A stretch of DNA of 64,000 nucleotides from Candidatus Bathyarchaeota archaeon (GTDB taxonomy: Archaea > Thermoproteota > Bathyarchaeia > Bathyarchaeales > Bathycorpusculaceae), in NCBI GenBank assembly GCA_963775895.1, contig CAVZKL010000016.1:1-64000 (forward strand), given 5' to 3'. Numbering within the stretch: the stretch's first letter is position 1; each line of letters starts with the position of its first letter. Made by a program: the position numbers and the translations under genes. Shown one piece after another: positions 51,097-62,366 of this stretch. Below the pieces are notes generated by a model that did no database searches, was not told the origin of the DNA, and saw only the letters and a program-made list of their open reading frames with translations.

Positions 51097-51375
51097 ATGT
51101 CCCATCTGCCTTCGTGCGCGCGCTATTTACGTTGACCGTGCGAGCATCAATGAATCATTGACCGAAAAGACATTCTGAATCCTTATTGAGAATTCATAAA
51201 TCAAATATCTGCCTCGGGCGATGGAAGAGTGGGGTTAAGCATGAAGAAAATTGAGAATGCAACCAAGAGAAATGCTAGCAGTGTTCATCTGTTAGACGAC
51301 GCTCCTAGGGAGCTCAGGAAAACTGAGGCTAGAAAGCCGTTATTCCTCACGAGATATGAGTAGAATTATCAATCG

Positions 51376-51603
51376 CTATTTGATTGCGTTTTTCATCATG
51401 TCTTGTATCGCTTCGCCTATTCCACCAGGATAATGAATCGCAATTCTCAGCGCGAATTCTCTGACTAGGTTCGCAGGAACACGGTACAAAGTGATATTGA
51501 CGAAGATGTCATCCCTCGTCAGATCAACCGTTTGATTCTCCTGAAGATACGATGCAAGCCCCTTCTGTTTGTTCATGCCGTCGTCGCCAGTTGGTGTTAG
51601 CAA
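51376..51603 (-). CDS. Small ribbon-helix-helix-like protein
   Basis: VNITLYRVPANLVREF...GIGEAIQDMMK. Confidence 0.5.
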   Translation of the reverse strand: MLTPTGDDGMNKQKGLASYLQENQTVDLTRDDIFVNITLYRVPANLVREFALRIAIHYPGGIGEAIQDMMKNAIK

Positions 51604-51917
51604 GTTTGACGAGCCTGCTCAGAGAATCCGAACTTGGAATTATTATCTTGGACGGAATTGGCAACCACCAAGTTCGAATGAGGGATTGGCGCGGCTCGTC
51701 AAACCTGAAAATCGGTTTGGTGCGGACGCCTTAAAAGGTCAGTCTTAAAGCAACACTTTTTCAAAGCAGAGAGGTGAGTTGAAGTGAATAAAACTCCATC
51801 AGTTTTCCAGGAGAAAGACTATGTGACAAAAAGAGGCTGCAGCGTGTGACTCCTTCGATCAACCAGGTGTCAGCAAGCTTTATTGATTCTCAATGACATA
51901 CATTCTCAAAGATTGCC

Positions 51918-52505
51918 ATGATCCTTGGCATTTGTGGAAGTCCGCGGAAGAAGGCAACAGAATTCGTATTGACCGAAGCTTTGCGCATGCTTGAGAAAAT
52001 GGGCTTTGACACCGAGCTCTACACGGTGCGAGGGAAGAACATCGGTTTCTGTCAACACTGCGACTACTGTCTAAGAAACAAGGAATGCAGACTTAAGGAT
52101 GACATGTTCATGCTTTACCCTATGTTGAAGAGAGCAGAAGGACTCATATTTGCAACCCCTGTCTACAACGGCGGACTGAGTGGACAAACAAAGGTCGTTA
52201 TGGACAGGTGCAGGGCTCTACTTGCACAAGATCCTAACGTATTTAGACATAAGGTCGGTATGGCGATAGCAGTGGGCGGGGACAGAATTGGCGGTCAGGA
52301 ACTGGCTATTCAGCAGATCACGACTTTTTACGTTCTGAACGGAACTGTTCCCGTCAGTGGCGGAGCTTTCGGTGCGAACCTGGGTGCCACCTTCTGGTCG
52401 AAAGACACGCTAAAAGACACACAACTGGATGAAGAAGGTTTCAGAAGTCTGAAGAAAACAATCAAGAGATTCGCTGAAATGCTCAAACAGAACAAGTCAA
52501 AGTAG
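51918..52505 (+). CDS. Iron-sulfur flavoprotein (flavodoxin-fold)
   Basis: GSPR, CQHCDYC.....C, ATPVY, GGQE. Confidence 0.9.
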   Translation: MILGICGSPRKKATEFVLTEALRMLEKMGFDTELYTVRGKNIGFCQHCDYCLRNKECRLKDDMFMLYPMLKRAEGLIFATPVYNGGLSGQTKVVMDRCRALLAQDPNVFRHKVGMAIAVGGDRIGGQELAIQQITTFYVLNGTVPVSGGAFGANLGATFWSKDTLKDTQLDEEGFRSLKKTIKRFAEMLKQNKSK

Positions 52506-52524
52506 TTTCCTGAAGTGAAATAAC

Positions 52525-53109
52525 TTGATTGGCAAGCCAAAGAACAAGGAAAAGGTTGCCTGGGGAATCACGGGCAGTGGCGACAGGTTGTTCGAGACAA
52601 TCACCGTTATGAAACAGATGAAAGAAACATACAAAAACATGGTCGACATACGCGTTTATCTTTCGAAGGCAGGAGAACAGGTCACCAAATGGTACAAACT
52701 GTACGAGCCTCTGAAGCAAAGCTTCGACAAAGTCTGGATTGAATCAGGCCCGAACTCTCCTTTTCTTGCTGGCGAACTTGAACTGGGAAAGTTCAAGTTT
52801 CTGCTTATCGCTCCAGCAACTTCGAACACGGTGGCAAAACTATCTACTGGAATTTGTGACACTCTGCTTTGCAATTCGGCAATCATGGCCTTGAAGGCCT
52901 TCGTTCCCGTCTACGTTATGCCCAGTGACTTCAAAGAGGGAACCTTAGTCACCAAGCTTCCTAACGAGAAAGACCTTCGACTGAGAATAAGGAAAGAGGA
53001 TGCTGAAAATGCTCGAAAACTCGCCCGCATGGACGGTGTTTTTCTGCTGGAAAAACCTGAAAATATCAGTCAAGTGTTCGAAAAGCACTTCGCTATCGGC
53101 CAACTCTGA
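52525..53109 (+). CDS. afpA: Archaeoflavoprotein AfpA-like (HFCD family)
   Basis: AWGITGSG, APATSNTVAK, MPSD. Confidence 0.8.
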   Translation: MIGKPKNKEKVAWGITGSGDRLFETITVMKQMKETYKNMVDIRVYLSKAGEQVTKWYKLYEPLKQSFDKVWIESGPNSPFLAGELELGKFKFLLIAPATSNTVAKLSTGICDTLLCNSAIMALKAFVPVYVMPSDFKEGTLVTKLPNEKDLRLRIRKEDAENARKLARMDGVFLLEKPENISQVFEKHFAIGQL

Positions 53110-53235
53110 CTTCCTGTCGCCTTTTTTCCTTGTTAGTCTTCGGACGCTATTTCCATTGGAACTCTGTCCGCCTCAGAGCAACGAAACTAAAACCTTAAGA
53201 TAAAGAACTCATTAAGAAGCTGAGAGGATCCGAAG

Positions 53236-53928
53236 ATGGTTGTTGCTGGAAAAGTATTCAGGCTTTCCGATCCGCTTCCTGTCGCCGATATCGCGACACG
53301 GCTCGAAGGATATCGAACCGAGGAAGAATACGAAGAGGGAGACCACAAGTTCACGCTGCAGACAGAGGTTGTTGGGCTCGTTCCGAAAGTGAGGATGCTA
53401 AGGGGTATATACTCTCATGATTTTGTCACTCAGGTTTTTCACAGAGGAAAAATCCTGCCTACACCACGCACAATTGAAGCAGTCTTTAGCTTTGCTGAGT
53501 ATGAAGGTACCACGTTCTTAACGGTCGTTGAAAAGAAACGAACTGCAAATTTCATTGCAAACAAGCTGAGTGAAATCTTGTTCGAGAAGGTGGGGGGAGT
53601 TTTGGAAGCGAGGATTTCCCCGGAGACACTGAAGAGTTTTCACCTCAAGAATCCTGAGGACACGAAGATAACATTCTTTGATAACGTTGACATTCCAAAC
53701 GTTGACAAGCTTTCTCTCTACGGCCCAGACCTGATAAACACGTCATTGTTCGAAGATTACGGAAAACACGGCGACTTGTGGTACGTGGTCGCAAGGTCGA
53801 GGAATTACGGTTACGTTGTTGGCATAACGAGAGATGCGTCAATAACAATCTTCAACCTAAGCGAAAAAGAGCCTTACCTCGAATTTGTGGCAAAAGAAAT
53901 CTTTTCATTGACCAAAGAAGAGACCTAG
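53236..53928 (+). CDS. Conserved archaeal hypothetical protein
   Basis: Clean 230-aa ORF with GAGG SD; IPNVDKLSLYG. Confidence 0.7.
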   Translation: MVVAGKVFRLSDPLPVADIATRLEGYRTEEEYEEGDHKFTLQTEVVGLVPKVRMLRGIYSHDFVTQVFHRGKILPTPRTIEAVFSFAEYEGTTFLTVVEKKRTANFIANKLSEILFEKVGGVLEARISPETLKSFHLKNPEDTKITFFDNVDIPNVDKLSLYGPDLINTSLFEDYGKHGDLWYVVARSRNYGYVVGITRDASITIFNLSEKEPYLEFVAKEIFSLTKEET

Positions 53929-53933
53929 AAAGT

Positions 53934-54461
53934 CTAGTACTCGATTCCCTTCCGTGCCTTGAAACCAGCGTTGTACGGATGCTTTATCTCGATCATCTCT
54001 GTGACCAAGTCAGCCGCTTGAATGATCTCGCGTGGCGCATTTCTACCGGTCAAAACGAGCTCAACGTGCTCTGGTTTCTTCTTGATAAGTTCGAGCACTT
54101 CTTCTACGCTAATGAGCCTGAGATTGAGCGCAACATTGATTTCATCCAGTACAACTATGTCGGCTTCGCCCTTCATGACAGCTTCTCGAGCCGTTTCAAG
54201 AGCTTGTCCTGCTAAGTCAACGTCGACTTTGTCAGGTTTCTTTTCTGAAACGAATCTGCCCCGCCCGAATGCTCTAAGTGTCAGTCCAGGCAGCTTGTCC
54301 ACGACGTATAATTCGCCGTAATCGAAACCGCCTTTGATGAACTGTACTATGTAGACCTTCAATCCTCTTCCCACGGCTCTAAGGGCCAGTCCAAAAGACG
54401 CGGAGCTTTTGCCCTTTCCGTTTCCAGTGTAAACTTGAACGAGTCCCCTTTCAAGTTTCAT
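53934..54461 (-). CDS. cobO: Cob(I)alamin adenosyltransferase (CobA/BtuR type)
   Basis: YTGNGKGKS, QFIKG, LDEI, LTGR, KHPY. Confidence 0.95.
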   Translation of the reverse strand: MKLERGLVQVYTGNGKGKSSASFGLALRAVGRGLKVYIVQFIKGGFDYGELYVVDKLPGLTLRAFGRGRFVSEKKPDKVDVDLAGQALETAREAVMKGEADIVVLDEINVALNLRLISVEEVLELIKKKPEHVELVLTGRNAPREIIQAADLVTEMIEIKHPYNAGFKARKGIEY

Positions 54462-55416
54462 TTTTCAGAACCTTCTTCAAGAGTCTTCGGGCCGCAGACG
54501 TTGGATCTGTTTTCCTTTCCACTATCTCATGGACGAGTTGGTCTAAATGACCATCTCTTTTCAACTCTTCGATCAGAGAATTAGTCACTATCTCTCTAAT
54601 AGCTTCTACGAGCTCGGTCTCTGCCCTCGTACTCATAGATGCTTTTTTGCATTCGCGATTTCCTTCTAGAAAGCATCTGTGTTTCTCGATTTTCTCGATC
54701 ACTTCGGAGACTCCTTCGCCTGTCAATGCGATCGTTTTTAGCACTGGTGGCTTCCACAGTTGTTCTTTGTTGTTCAGTTGAAGGTTCGACTGAATGTCCA
54801 TAACTGCTTTGTCTGCGCCTTCACGGTCAGCCTTGTTTACGACGAAGATGTCGGCTATCTCCATTATACCTGCTTTTATTGCCTGTATGTCGTCACCCAG
54901 TCCAGGTGCGTGAACCATGATTATCGTCTGGGCAACTTTGATTATTTCGACTTCCGATTGTCCCGCTCCGACGGTTTCAACTATGACTATGTCTTTTCCA
55001 GCTGCGTCAAGGATTCTGACCGCATCTTTCGTCGCTTTGGCTATTCCCCCGGCATAGTTCCGGGTAGCCATGCTCCGTATGAAAACGTCCCTGTCCATGC
55101 AAAGCTCTTGCATTCGAATTCTGTCGCCCAGCAGGGCTCCGCCGGTGAAGGGGCTTGTAGGGTCGACAGCTACCACGCCTACCGTTTTGCCTCTTCGTCT
55201 GTACTCCTTCACAATTTTCTCGATCAACGTGCTTTTCCCTGCACCGCCGGCACCTGTCACGCCTATAATGTGGGCTTTGCCTGTGTGAGGATATATCTCA
55301 GCGACTAACTCTTGAGCCATGGGCTCCTTGTTGTTTTCAATGATGGTTATTGCCTTGGCTATGCTTCTTCGGTTGCCTGCGAGTACGCCTTTGACTATTT
55401 CTTCGGTTTTTGTCAA
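54451..55416 (-). CDS. meaB: Acyl-CoA mutase-associated GTPase
   Basis: GAGKST, DPTSPFTGGALLGDRIRM, ETVGAGQ, NKAD. Confidence 0.95.
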   Translation of the reverse strand: MTKTEEIVKGVLAGNRRSIAKAITIIENNKEPMAQELVAEIYPHTGKAHIIGVTGAGGAGKSTLIEKIVKEYRRRGKTVGVVAVDPTSPFTGGALLGDRIRMQELCMDRDVFIRSMATRNYAGGIAKATKDAVRILDAAGKDIVIVETVGAGQSEVEIIKVAQTIIMVHAPGLGDDIQAIKAGIMEIADIFVVNKADREGADKAVMDIQSNLQLNNKEQLWKPPVLKTIALTGEGVSEVIEKIEKHRCFLEGNRECKKASMSTRAETELVEAIREIVTNSLIEELKRDGHLDQLVHEIVERKTDPTSAARRLLKKVLKNET

Positions 55417-55437
55417 CGCCTCTGCACATCTTGATCG

Positions 55438-55851
55438 TTAGCTTTTTTTCGAGAGGCTATCCAAAACATACTGTTTTATGGTTTCCGTCGACGTTCCTGG
55501 TCCAAATATCTCTCTAATTCCCAGCTTTTTCAGTTCTGCTATGTCTTCTTCCGGAATGATGCCTCCCGCGAAAACCATTACGTCTGTCATTTCCTGTTCT
55601 TTCAGAAGCTTCATTATTCTGGGAAAGAGTGTCTTGTGGGCTCCTGAGAGTATGCTCAGGCCTATTACATCTACATCTTCCTGCAGTGCTGTTTCAGCAA
55701 TTTGCTCAGGTGTCTGTCTGAGGCCAGTGTAAATGACTTCCATGCCCGCGTCTCTGAGCGCTCTTGCCACGATTTTTGCTCCTCTGTCGTGGCTGTCGAG
55801 TCCCGGCTTGGCGATCAGTACCCTTATTTTCTTTCCTTTCTGCATGTTCAT
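55438..55851 (-). CDS. Acyl-CoA mutase small (B12-binding) subunit
   Basis: [19 protein letters not shown]. Confidence 0.95.
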   Translation of the reverse strand: MNMQKGKKIRVLIAKPGLDSHDRGAKIVARALRDAGMEVIYTGLRQTPEQIAETALQEDVDVIGLSILSGAHKTLFPRIMKLLKEQEMTDVMVFAGGIIPEEDIAELKKLGIREIFGPGTSTETIKQYVLDSLSKKS

Positions 55852-55856
55852 CGCCT

Positions 55857-57541
55857 CTAAATTACTATTAACTCCTTGTACTCACCGTAAACTTGGCGTA
55901 ACACTTCGCAGATTTCGCCCAGCGTCGCGTACGCTTTCACTGCGTCTATTATTGATGGCATTAGGTTTTCATCTTTTTCTGCGGCGTGACGTAGCTTGTC
56001 GAGTGTTTCTTGGACCTTCTTATTGTTGCGTTCATGCTTCAATTTTTGAAGGTTCGCGATCTGTTCTTTCTCGACTTTCGAGTCCACGCGCAATAGTTCT
56101 ATTGGGATTTCTTCCTTTTCAATCTTGTAGTCGTTGACGCCGATTATTGTGCGTTTCATTTCTTCGATTTCTTTCTGATATTTGTAGGCGCTGTCGGCGA
56201 TTTCTTTTTGGAAGAATCCCTTTTCGATCGCCACTATTGCTCCACCCATTTCGTCGACCATTCGAATGTAGTCGAAGGTCCTTTTTTCCATCTCGTTCGT
56301 CAGTGCTTCGACGTAATATGCGCCTGCCAAAGGATCTATGGTGTCTGTTGCTCCGCTTTCGTGAGCTATTATTTGTTGAGTTCTTATTGCGACTCTGACC
56401 GCTGCTTCACTGGGCAAAGCTAAGGCTTCATCGAAGGAGTTTGTGTGCAGAGATTGAGTGCCGCCAAGTGCGGCCGACAAAGCTTGAATTGTGGTGCGGG
56501 TAATGTTGTTTAAGGGTTGTTGGGCTGTGAGGGTACAACCCGAAGTTTGCACGTGCATTCGCATCCACATCGATCTCGGGTTCTTGGCGTGAAATCTTTC
56601 CTTCATCAACTTTGCCCAGATCCTTCGAGCAGCTCTGAATTTTGCTATTTCTTCGAAGAAGTCATTGTGAGAAGCAAAGAAAAAGGACAGCCGCTGAGCA
56701 AAATCATCCACTTTGAGTCCTCTTTGCATGGCTGATTCTACGTAGCTTATTCCATCGTAGATCGTGAAGGCCAATTCCTGAACGGCGTTTGCACCTGCCT
56801 CTCTGATGTGGTAGCCGCTTATGCTTATTGGGTTCCATCTTGGCAAATGTCTTACGCAGTATTCGACTATGTCGGTTGTGAGTTTGACCGCAGGTCTGGG
56901 CGGATAGATGCAGAGTTTCTGAGCGAAGTATTCTTTGAGGTTATCGTTCTGGGTTGTGCCTCCGAGCTTCTCTCTCATCACGCCCTGCTTGTCGCCGACG
57001 GCGACGTACATGGCCAACAGCATAGCTGCTGGACCATTAATCGTCATGGAAGTGGTAACCTTGTCAAGCGGGATTCCATCTAAGAGCACTTCCATGTCCT
57101 TCAATGAAGAGACGGCAACTCCGCAGATGCCCACTTCCCCTTCGCCGACGGGATGATCCGAGTCATAACCAAGAATCGTCGGATAGTCAAACGCGATGCT
57201 TAAACCCGTTTCTCCTTCCTTGAGTAGATATTTGAAACGCTTGTTGGTCTGCGCAGCTGTGCCGAACCCTGAAAACTGACGCATTGTCCACAGGCGTCCC
57301 CTGTACATCGTTGCGTGAACACCGCGAAGGTACGGATACTCGCCAGGAAAACCCATGTCGCGCACGTAATCAGTTGAATTGATGTCCTCTGGTGTGTACA
57401 AACGTTTAATCAATATATTCGAAGTGTTCTTGAACTCACCTTTCCTTTCCTTGGATTGCTTAATCCAGTTAGGTAAAGTTGTCTGTTCCCAGCGTTCACG
57501 TTCCTTCTTCACTTGTTCGATTTTTCTTTCTCATCAAACAC
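55857..57541 (-). CDS. Acyl-CoA mutase large subunit with isobutyryl-CoA-mutase-type residues; possible frameshift near 57520
   Basis: [38 protein letters not shown]. Confidence 0.92.
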
Positions 57542-57790
57542 CGTCTCATCCTGCTCCTTATATGAACGTAAGCTGTTTGAAAGTATAGTACCATCATTGA
57601 AGCTTAAAGGATATTTTCCTATCGGTCCAAAAAGTCATTTCATCTTATCTGATTACTAAAAATGCTTAGATTGGTCCAGCAAAGTTTTAGCTGGAGTGGT
57701 TCATGGCTCGCTTCAGGGGGTCGCGCGCGGGCGAAATCACGCGAATGACACTTCTCTCATTGCTCCTTAAGAATCATCCGCTTCCAAGCT

Positions 57791-58905
57791 CTATTGAGCT
57801 TCCAACAGCGATGCCGCAGCTGAAAATCCCCATCCGTAGCCGAGCATCAGTATGACGTTGCTCTTTGAGAGTCTGTTGGCAGAGGTTATTCTTTCAAGTA
57901 TGAAGGGCAGGCTTGCCCCTGCCAGGTTTCCGTGTTCTTTCAATATTTCACGCGATTCCTGCAGTTTTTCACGGGGAATTCCATGGTTCTCGGCCAGGGC
58001 CTCCAGGATTTTTTCGCTGCCCGTGTGAACTGCCCACTTCTTCGATTGCATGATCGTCTTCTTCAAGTTTTTGCCAAGGAGTCTTTTCAGTGCTGCACTC
58101 GTGTACTTGACTCCAAGCGTCGGTATTCCTCTGCCGAGGTTTGAATGGAATCCAAACTTGAAGGTTTCAGGCAAAGAGGAGAGTTTAGCGTAGCCGGCAG
58201 ATGATCTGTTTCTCCCAGGTTGGTGACTTCGACTGTTTTCTTGACAACCAAACCTCCACCGCTGTTTGCCACGACGGTCGCGGCTACTCCGTCGCCGAAC
58301 AAGAAATACTCCATCGTTGCCACCCAATTGTCAAGTTCAATTTGTCGCTTGTTTTCGTCTCTGATCTCGTTGATTCGACCAATCTCCTGAACTTCTTTGA
58401 TGCCGTTGACTTGGTTCTGGAACCAGAACGAACTGACTCCGCTGTCGCAAATGAGCACATTATCCTTTGAATTTGCGGCTAAGTGATCTTCTGCGAGTTG
58501 CAGAGCTTTAGGAAAAGCAGTGCTGGCGATTCCCTGAACGTTTACGTGTTTGATGTATGGACCAAACCCTATTTTCCTTACGAGAAGTTGGCTTAACCCG
58601 GGGCTCAAAACAGGGTTAGCATCATACGTTGCGATGAAGTAGCCAATTTTGTTTATCGACACTGCACTTCTCTCGAGTGCTTTGTTGCAAGCATCAACGC
58701 AGAGCGAGAGGAGTCCTTCCTCATCCGAACGATCCTTCAGTTTTGAACCTGCAAGCTTCTGGTTGATGAAGGATCTTTTGGAAACGCCCAGATTCAGGAC
58801 GTTCTGTTTTACTGCAGGTGGAATCTTGCACGGAAAAGCCTCGATTAATTCTTCGGTCGTGTACTCGTTCTTAGGCAGAGCCGTGGAAATCTGGATTATG
58901 TTCAT
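57791..58905 (-). CDS. Type III PKS/KAS III-like protein; frameshift near 58195
   Basis: LFGDGVAA, WAVHTGS, HGNLAGAS, GYGWGFS; Ser where the catalytic Cys is expected. Confidence 0.8.
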
Positions 58906-59054
58906 GTCACAGAGTGAGACGCGAAAGTTATAAAAGGATTTGGCCAGCTCATGAACTTTTTCGGGCGATATTTGTTTGTTGCCAGTGGCATCACAAATGT
59001 CATATAGTGGGTGAAATCCACTAGCTAAGCAACTTTTAAGCTTGAGGTGAAAGG

Positions 59055-60347
59055 TTGAAGAAGGTCGGAATAGTTGCAGGAAGCATCTCGAGGTTCGACA
59101 ACCCGAGACACACTCTGCAAGAAGAAATGTGCGCCGAAGCAGTCAAAATGATACTCGACGACGTTCCCGAGCTTGAACTTGGAGATTTTCTCAAGAAAGG
59201 CTACGCTTGCTGCTACTCTTATTTCAGCGACATTCTCGAACAGCAACAGTGCATGCACTGGATAATCAACGATTACTTGGGTCTATCAGGCGTTGCGTCT
59301 TACCGTGTGGAATCAGGCGGTGCGACGCCTATCGATGCGATAGTCAATGCCGCGCTGTGGGTGCGTTCAGGCATGTTTCCGGTCGTCTTGGTCGTTGGAT
59401 GGGAAAAGATGAATGAAATGCCCATCCAGAAGGTCAACGAAGCTATCGCTATCGCAGGAGACACCGATTGGGATTTTGTTTCAGGCTTCACGTACAACGC
59501 TTTCTACGCCACGATGGAAGCTAGGAGAATGCACGTCTATGGAGACACCGAGGAAGATTTGGCTGAAATCGCGGCGATGTGCCACAACAACTCGCTTGAA
59601 AATCCGTACGCTCAATGGCCAGCTCAGCATGGGTTTGGCAAGATTACGGTTGAAGATGTGTACAAATCCCGGCTCATAGCATGGCCCTATAGGACTCACG
59701 AGTGTGCAATGACAAGCGAAGGAGCCTCAGCAATACTTTTGGCAAACGAAGAGATGACTAACAAAATGACCAATAACCCAGTGTGGATAACAGGCGTGGG
59801 ATTCGGTTCTGACACCATGCGGGCTGGAGACCGCCCCGACAATCCAGCTTGGAAAGGAGTCTACCCTGAAGACGAAAAAATATGGCCGAAAGGCGTTCCC
59901 AAGCCAATGTCACCATATCCGGACCTGCTCAATTTCGGCGCCTTAAGAACATCTGCAAGAATGGCATACAAGGACGCTGGAATCAAGAACCCCCGAAGAG
60001 AGATAAGCCTCGTTGAAATCTTCGACCCTTACGCGGGCGTAGTCTTGGCGGGACTCGAAGACTTCGATTTCTGCAAGCGAGGTGAAGGAAAGAAACTTCT
60101 ACGTGACGGAGTGATTTCTAGACATGGCGAGCTTCCATGTCAACTGAGCGGTGCCTTAACAGCTCAAGGGCACCCTGTGGGTTCAACGTCAATCGCACAA
60201 GTTGTTGACAGCTACTGGCAGCTGAGCAATCAAATCGGAAAGAAATGGGGGGCGCCAGGCAGACAGCTGAGCAAACCCAAGAGAGCTTTCATCCATGGGC
60301 ACGGAGGCACTGGATGCCAAGCAGGCGCAGTAGTTTTGGAGGCGTAG
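59055..60347 (+). CDS. SCP2-type thiolase-domain protein lacking the N-terminal Cys
   Basis: VESGGAT, NPYAQ, GHPVG. Confidence 0.85.
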   Translation: MKKVGIVAGSISRFDNPRHTLQEEMCAEAVKMILDDVPELELGDFLKKGYACCYSYFSDILEQQQCMHWIINDYLGLSGVASYRVESGGATPIDAIVNAALWVRSGMFPVVLVVGWEKMNEMPIQKVNEAIAIAGDTDWDFVSGFTYNAFYATMEARRMHVYGDTEEDLAEIAAMCHNNSLENPYAQWPAQHGFGKITVEDVYKSRLIAWPYRTHECAMTSEGASAILLANEEMTNKMTNNPVWITGVGFGSDTMRAGDRPDNPAWKGVYPEDEKIWPKGVPKPMSPYPDLLNFGALRTSARMAYKDAGIKNPRREISLVEIFDPYAGVVLAGLEDFDFCKRGEGKKLLRDGVISRHGELPCQLSGALTAQGHPVGSTSIAQVVDSYWQLSNQIGKKWGAPGRQLSKPKRAFIHGHGGTGCQAGAVVLEA

Positions 60348-60351
60348 GAGA

Positions 60352-61039
60352 ATGAAGCAGCCAGGACCAGAAAAGATGATCAAAGAATCATCCTACGACA
60401 GGAAATGGTGGGATGACTGGGAACGCAAAGGTGGGTGGAGACCTGAAGGCTGGAAAATTGTCGAGATGAATGACGGTCCCACGTTGAATGACTTGAAACC
60501 TGAAAAGTTCCTAGTCGTGCATAGACCACACGGAAGCATGTTCCATCACAGCTACGGCAAAGTGTCCAGATTCTTCATAGGACTGCTGGAAGGAAAACTG
60601 GAAGGCACAAAATGCCCAAAGTGCGGTCTTGTCTATTGCCCGCCACGCGCGCACTGCTTCAACCCGAAATGCAGACTTGAAGAAACGAAATGGGTTGAGC
60701 TTCCCAAAAAAGGAGAGGTTCATTCGTACACCGTAATGGCTATTGCGTGGCCTTCAATGGCGCATCTGCAACCCTTGGTGGGAGCGATGGTACGAATTGA
60801 AGGAACGAACACATGTTTGCCGATGACGATGCGAGACGTTGATCCTGAGAAAGTCAACATAGGCCTTGAAAGTCAACATTAACATCGTCAAGAAACCCAA
60901 AGGCGATCTACTTGACGTTTATGCCACTCCAGCTGAAGAACCCGTTGCTCCAAAGAGAACACCAGAAGAACTGAAGCGCTTCAGAGAAGACATGGACAAA
61001 ACAAGAGCTTGGGTCAAGAAAACCTTCGGACCTAAGTAA
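60352..61039 (+). CDS. DUF35 Zn-ribbon/OB-fold protein; frameshift near 60865
   Basis: CPKCG...PPRAHC...C, GEVHSYT. Confidence 0.85.
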
Positions 61040-61191
61040 GTCTTAAGCATTCCACACAATGCGACTTTGCCTTCAACGATCCCTGCTCTCCCTTTTTCCT
61101 CGTGTTCCAATACCAACAGAATCGGCGAAGTTTATATACGCCGCTCACAGAGTTTCTTTTTCTTCGCAAACTAGTTAGAGACGGGTCTCAA

Positions 61192-62364
61192 ATGAACGGA
61201 AAACCTCTTGCATCCATAGTTTCTGCAGGCTTGTCCAAGTTTGGAAAGCTGGAAGGATTGTACGCCAGAGAGATTTTCGCGGATGCTGCGAAGGAAGCGT
61301 TCGACAACTGTCCCAAACTGGATCCGAAAAGGGACATCGAAGCATTGTTTGTTGGCCACATGGGAGAGTCTTTTGAACATCAAGGGCACACGGGGCCAAC
61401 GATGGCGGATTGGGCAGGTCTCGGACATGTCGCGGCTACTCGTACTGAAGCTGCTTGTGCTTCATCTGGCGTTGCCTTGAGGGCTGCGATCTGCGCTGTG
61501 CGTTCCGGGCTAAGTGACGTGGTGATGGTGGGCGGTGCGGAGAAAATGACGCACAGAACGACTGCTGAAGTGACTGAATACCTTGCCATGGCCTCTGATT
61601 ATCCCTTTGAACAGTGGAATGGCATCACTTTTCCTGGGCTTTATGCGTTGATGGCAACGGCGCACATGCATGCATACGGAACGACCGAGCGACAGTTGGC
61701 TGCGGTTGCCGTAAAGAATCATTTTCATGGCAGCATGAACCCGAAAGCTCAGATGCAGAAGGAAATAACCCTCGAGAATGTTTTGTCCTCTCGAGTTGTT
61801 GCCTGGCCGTTGAAGTTGTACGACTGTTCCTTGATCACTGACGGTGCAAGTTGCCTGATTCTAACGAGGCCTGAACTGGCAAACAGGTTTACAGACACAC
61901 CAATACAAATAATCGGGAGTGGTCAAGCGAGTGACACCATCGGCCTGTACGAGCGTAAGACTCTCACTTCTCTCGAAGCCGCCAAGATCGCTGCAAAAAA
62001 GGCTTACGAAATGGCAAACGTCAAACCTGAAGACATTGATGTAGCAGAGGTCCATGACTGTTTCACGATCGCAGAGATTTTGGCTTACGAAGATTTGGGA
62101 TTCTGCAAAGCTGGAGAAGGCGGAAGACTCGCTGAAATTGGCGAAACGAGGCTCGGCGGAAGGATCCCTGTTAACACGAGCGGAGGTTTGAAAGCAAAAG
62201 GTCATCCTGTAGGCGCAACTGGAACTGGACAGGCCTATGAGATTTTCTTGCAGCTCACTGGTCGTGCAGGTGGAAGACAGGTGAAAGATGCAGAGACAGC
62301 ACTTACCCACAACGTAGGCGGATCGGGTGCAACCGCAACGGTGCACATATACAGGAGGGCGTAA
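61192..62364 (+). CDS. Acetyl-CoA acetyltransferase (archaeal thiolase)
   Basis: EAACASS, EVHDCF, GHPVGATG, HNVGG. Confidence 0.93.
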   Translation: MNGKPLASIVSAGLSKFGKLEGLYAREIFADAAKEAFDNCPKLDPKRDIEALFVGHMGESFEHQGHTGPTMADWAGLGHVAATRTEAACASSGVALRAAICAVRSGLSDVVMVGGAEKMTHRTTAEVTEYLAMASDYPFEQWNGITFPGLYALMATAHMHAYGTTERQLAAVAVKNHFHGSMNPKAQMQKEITLENVLSSRVVAWPLKLYDCSLITDGASCLILTRPELANRFTDTPIQIIGSGQASDTIGLYERKTLTSLEAAKIAAKKAYEMANVKPEDIDVAEVHDCFTIAEILAYEDLGFCKAGEGGRLAEIGETRLGGRIPVNTSGGLKAKGHPVGATGTGQAYEIFLQLTGRAGGRQVKDAETALTHNVGGSGATATVHIYRRA

Positions 62365-62366
62365 GA

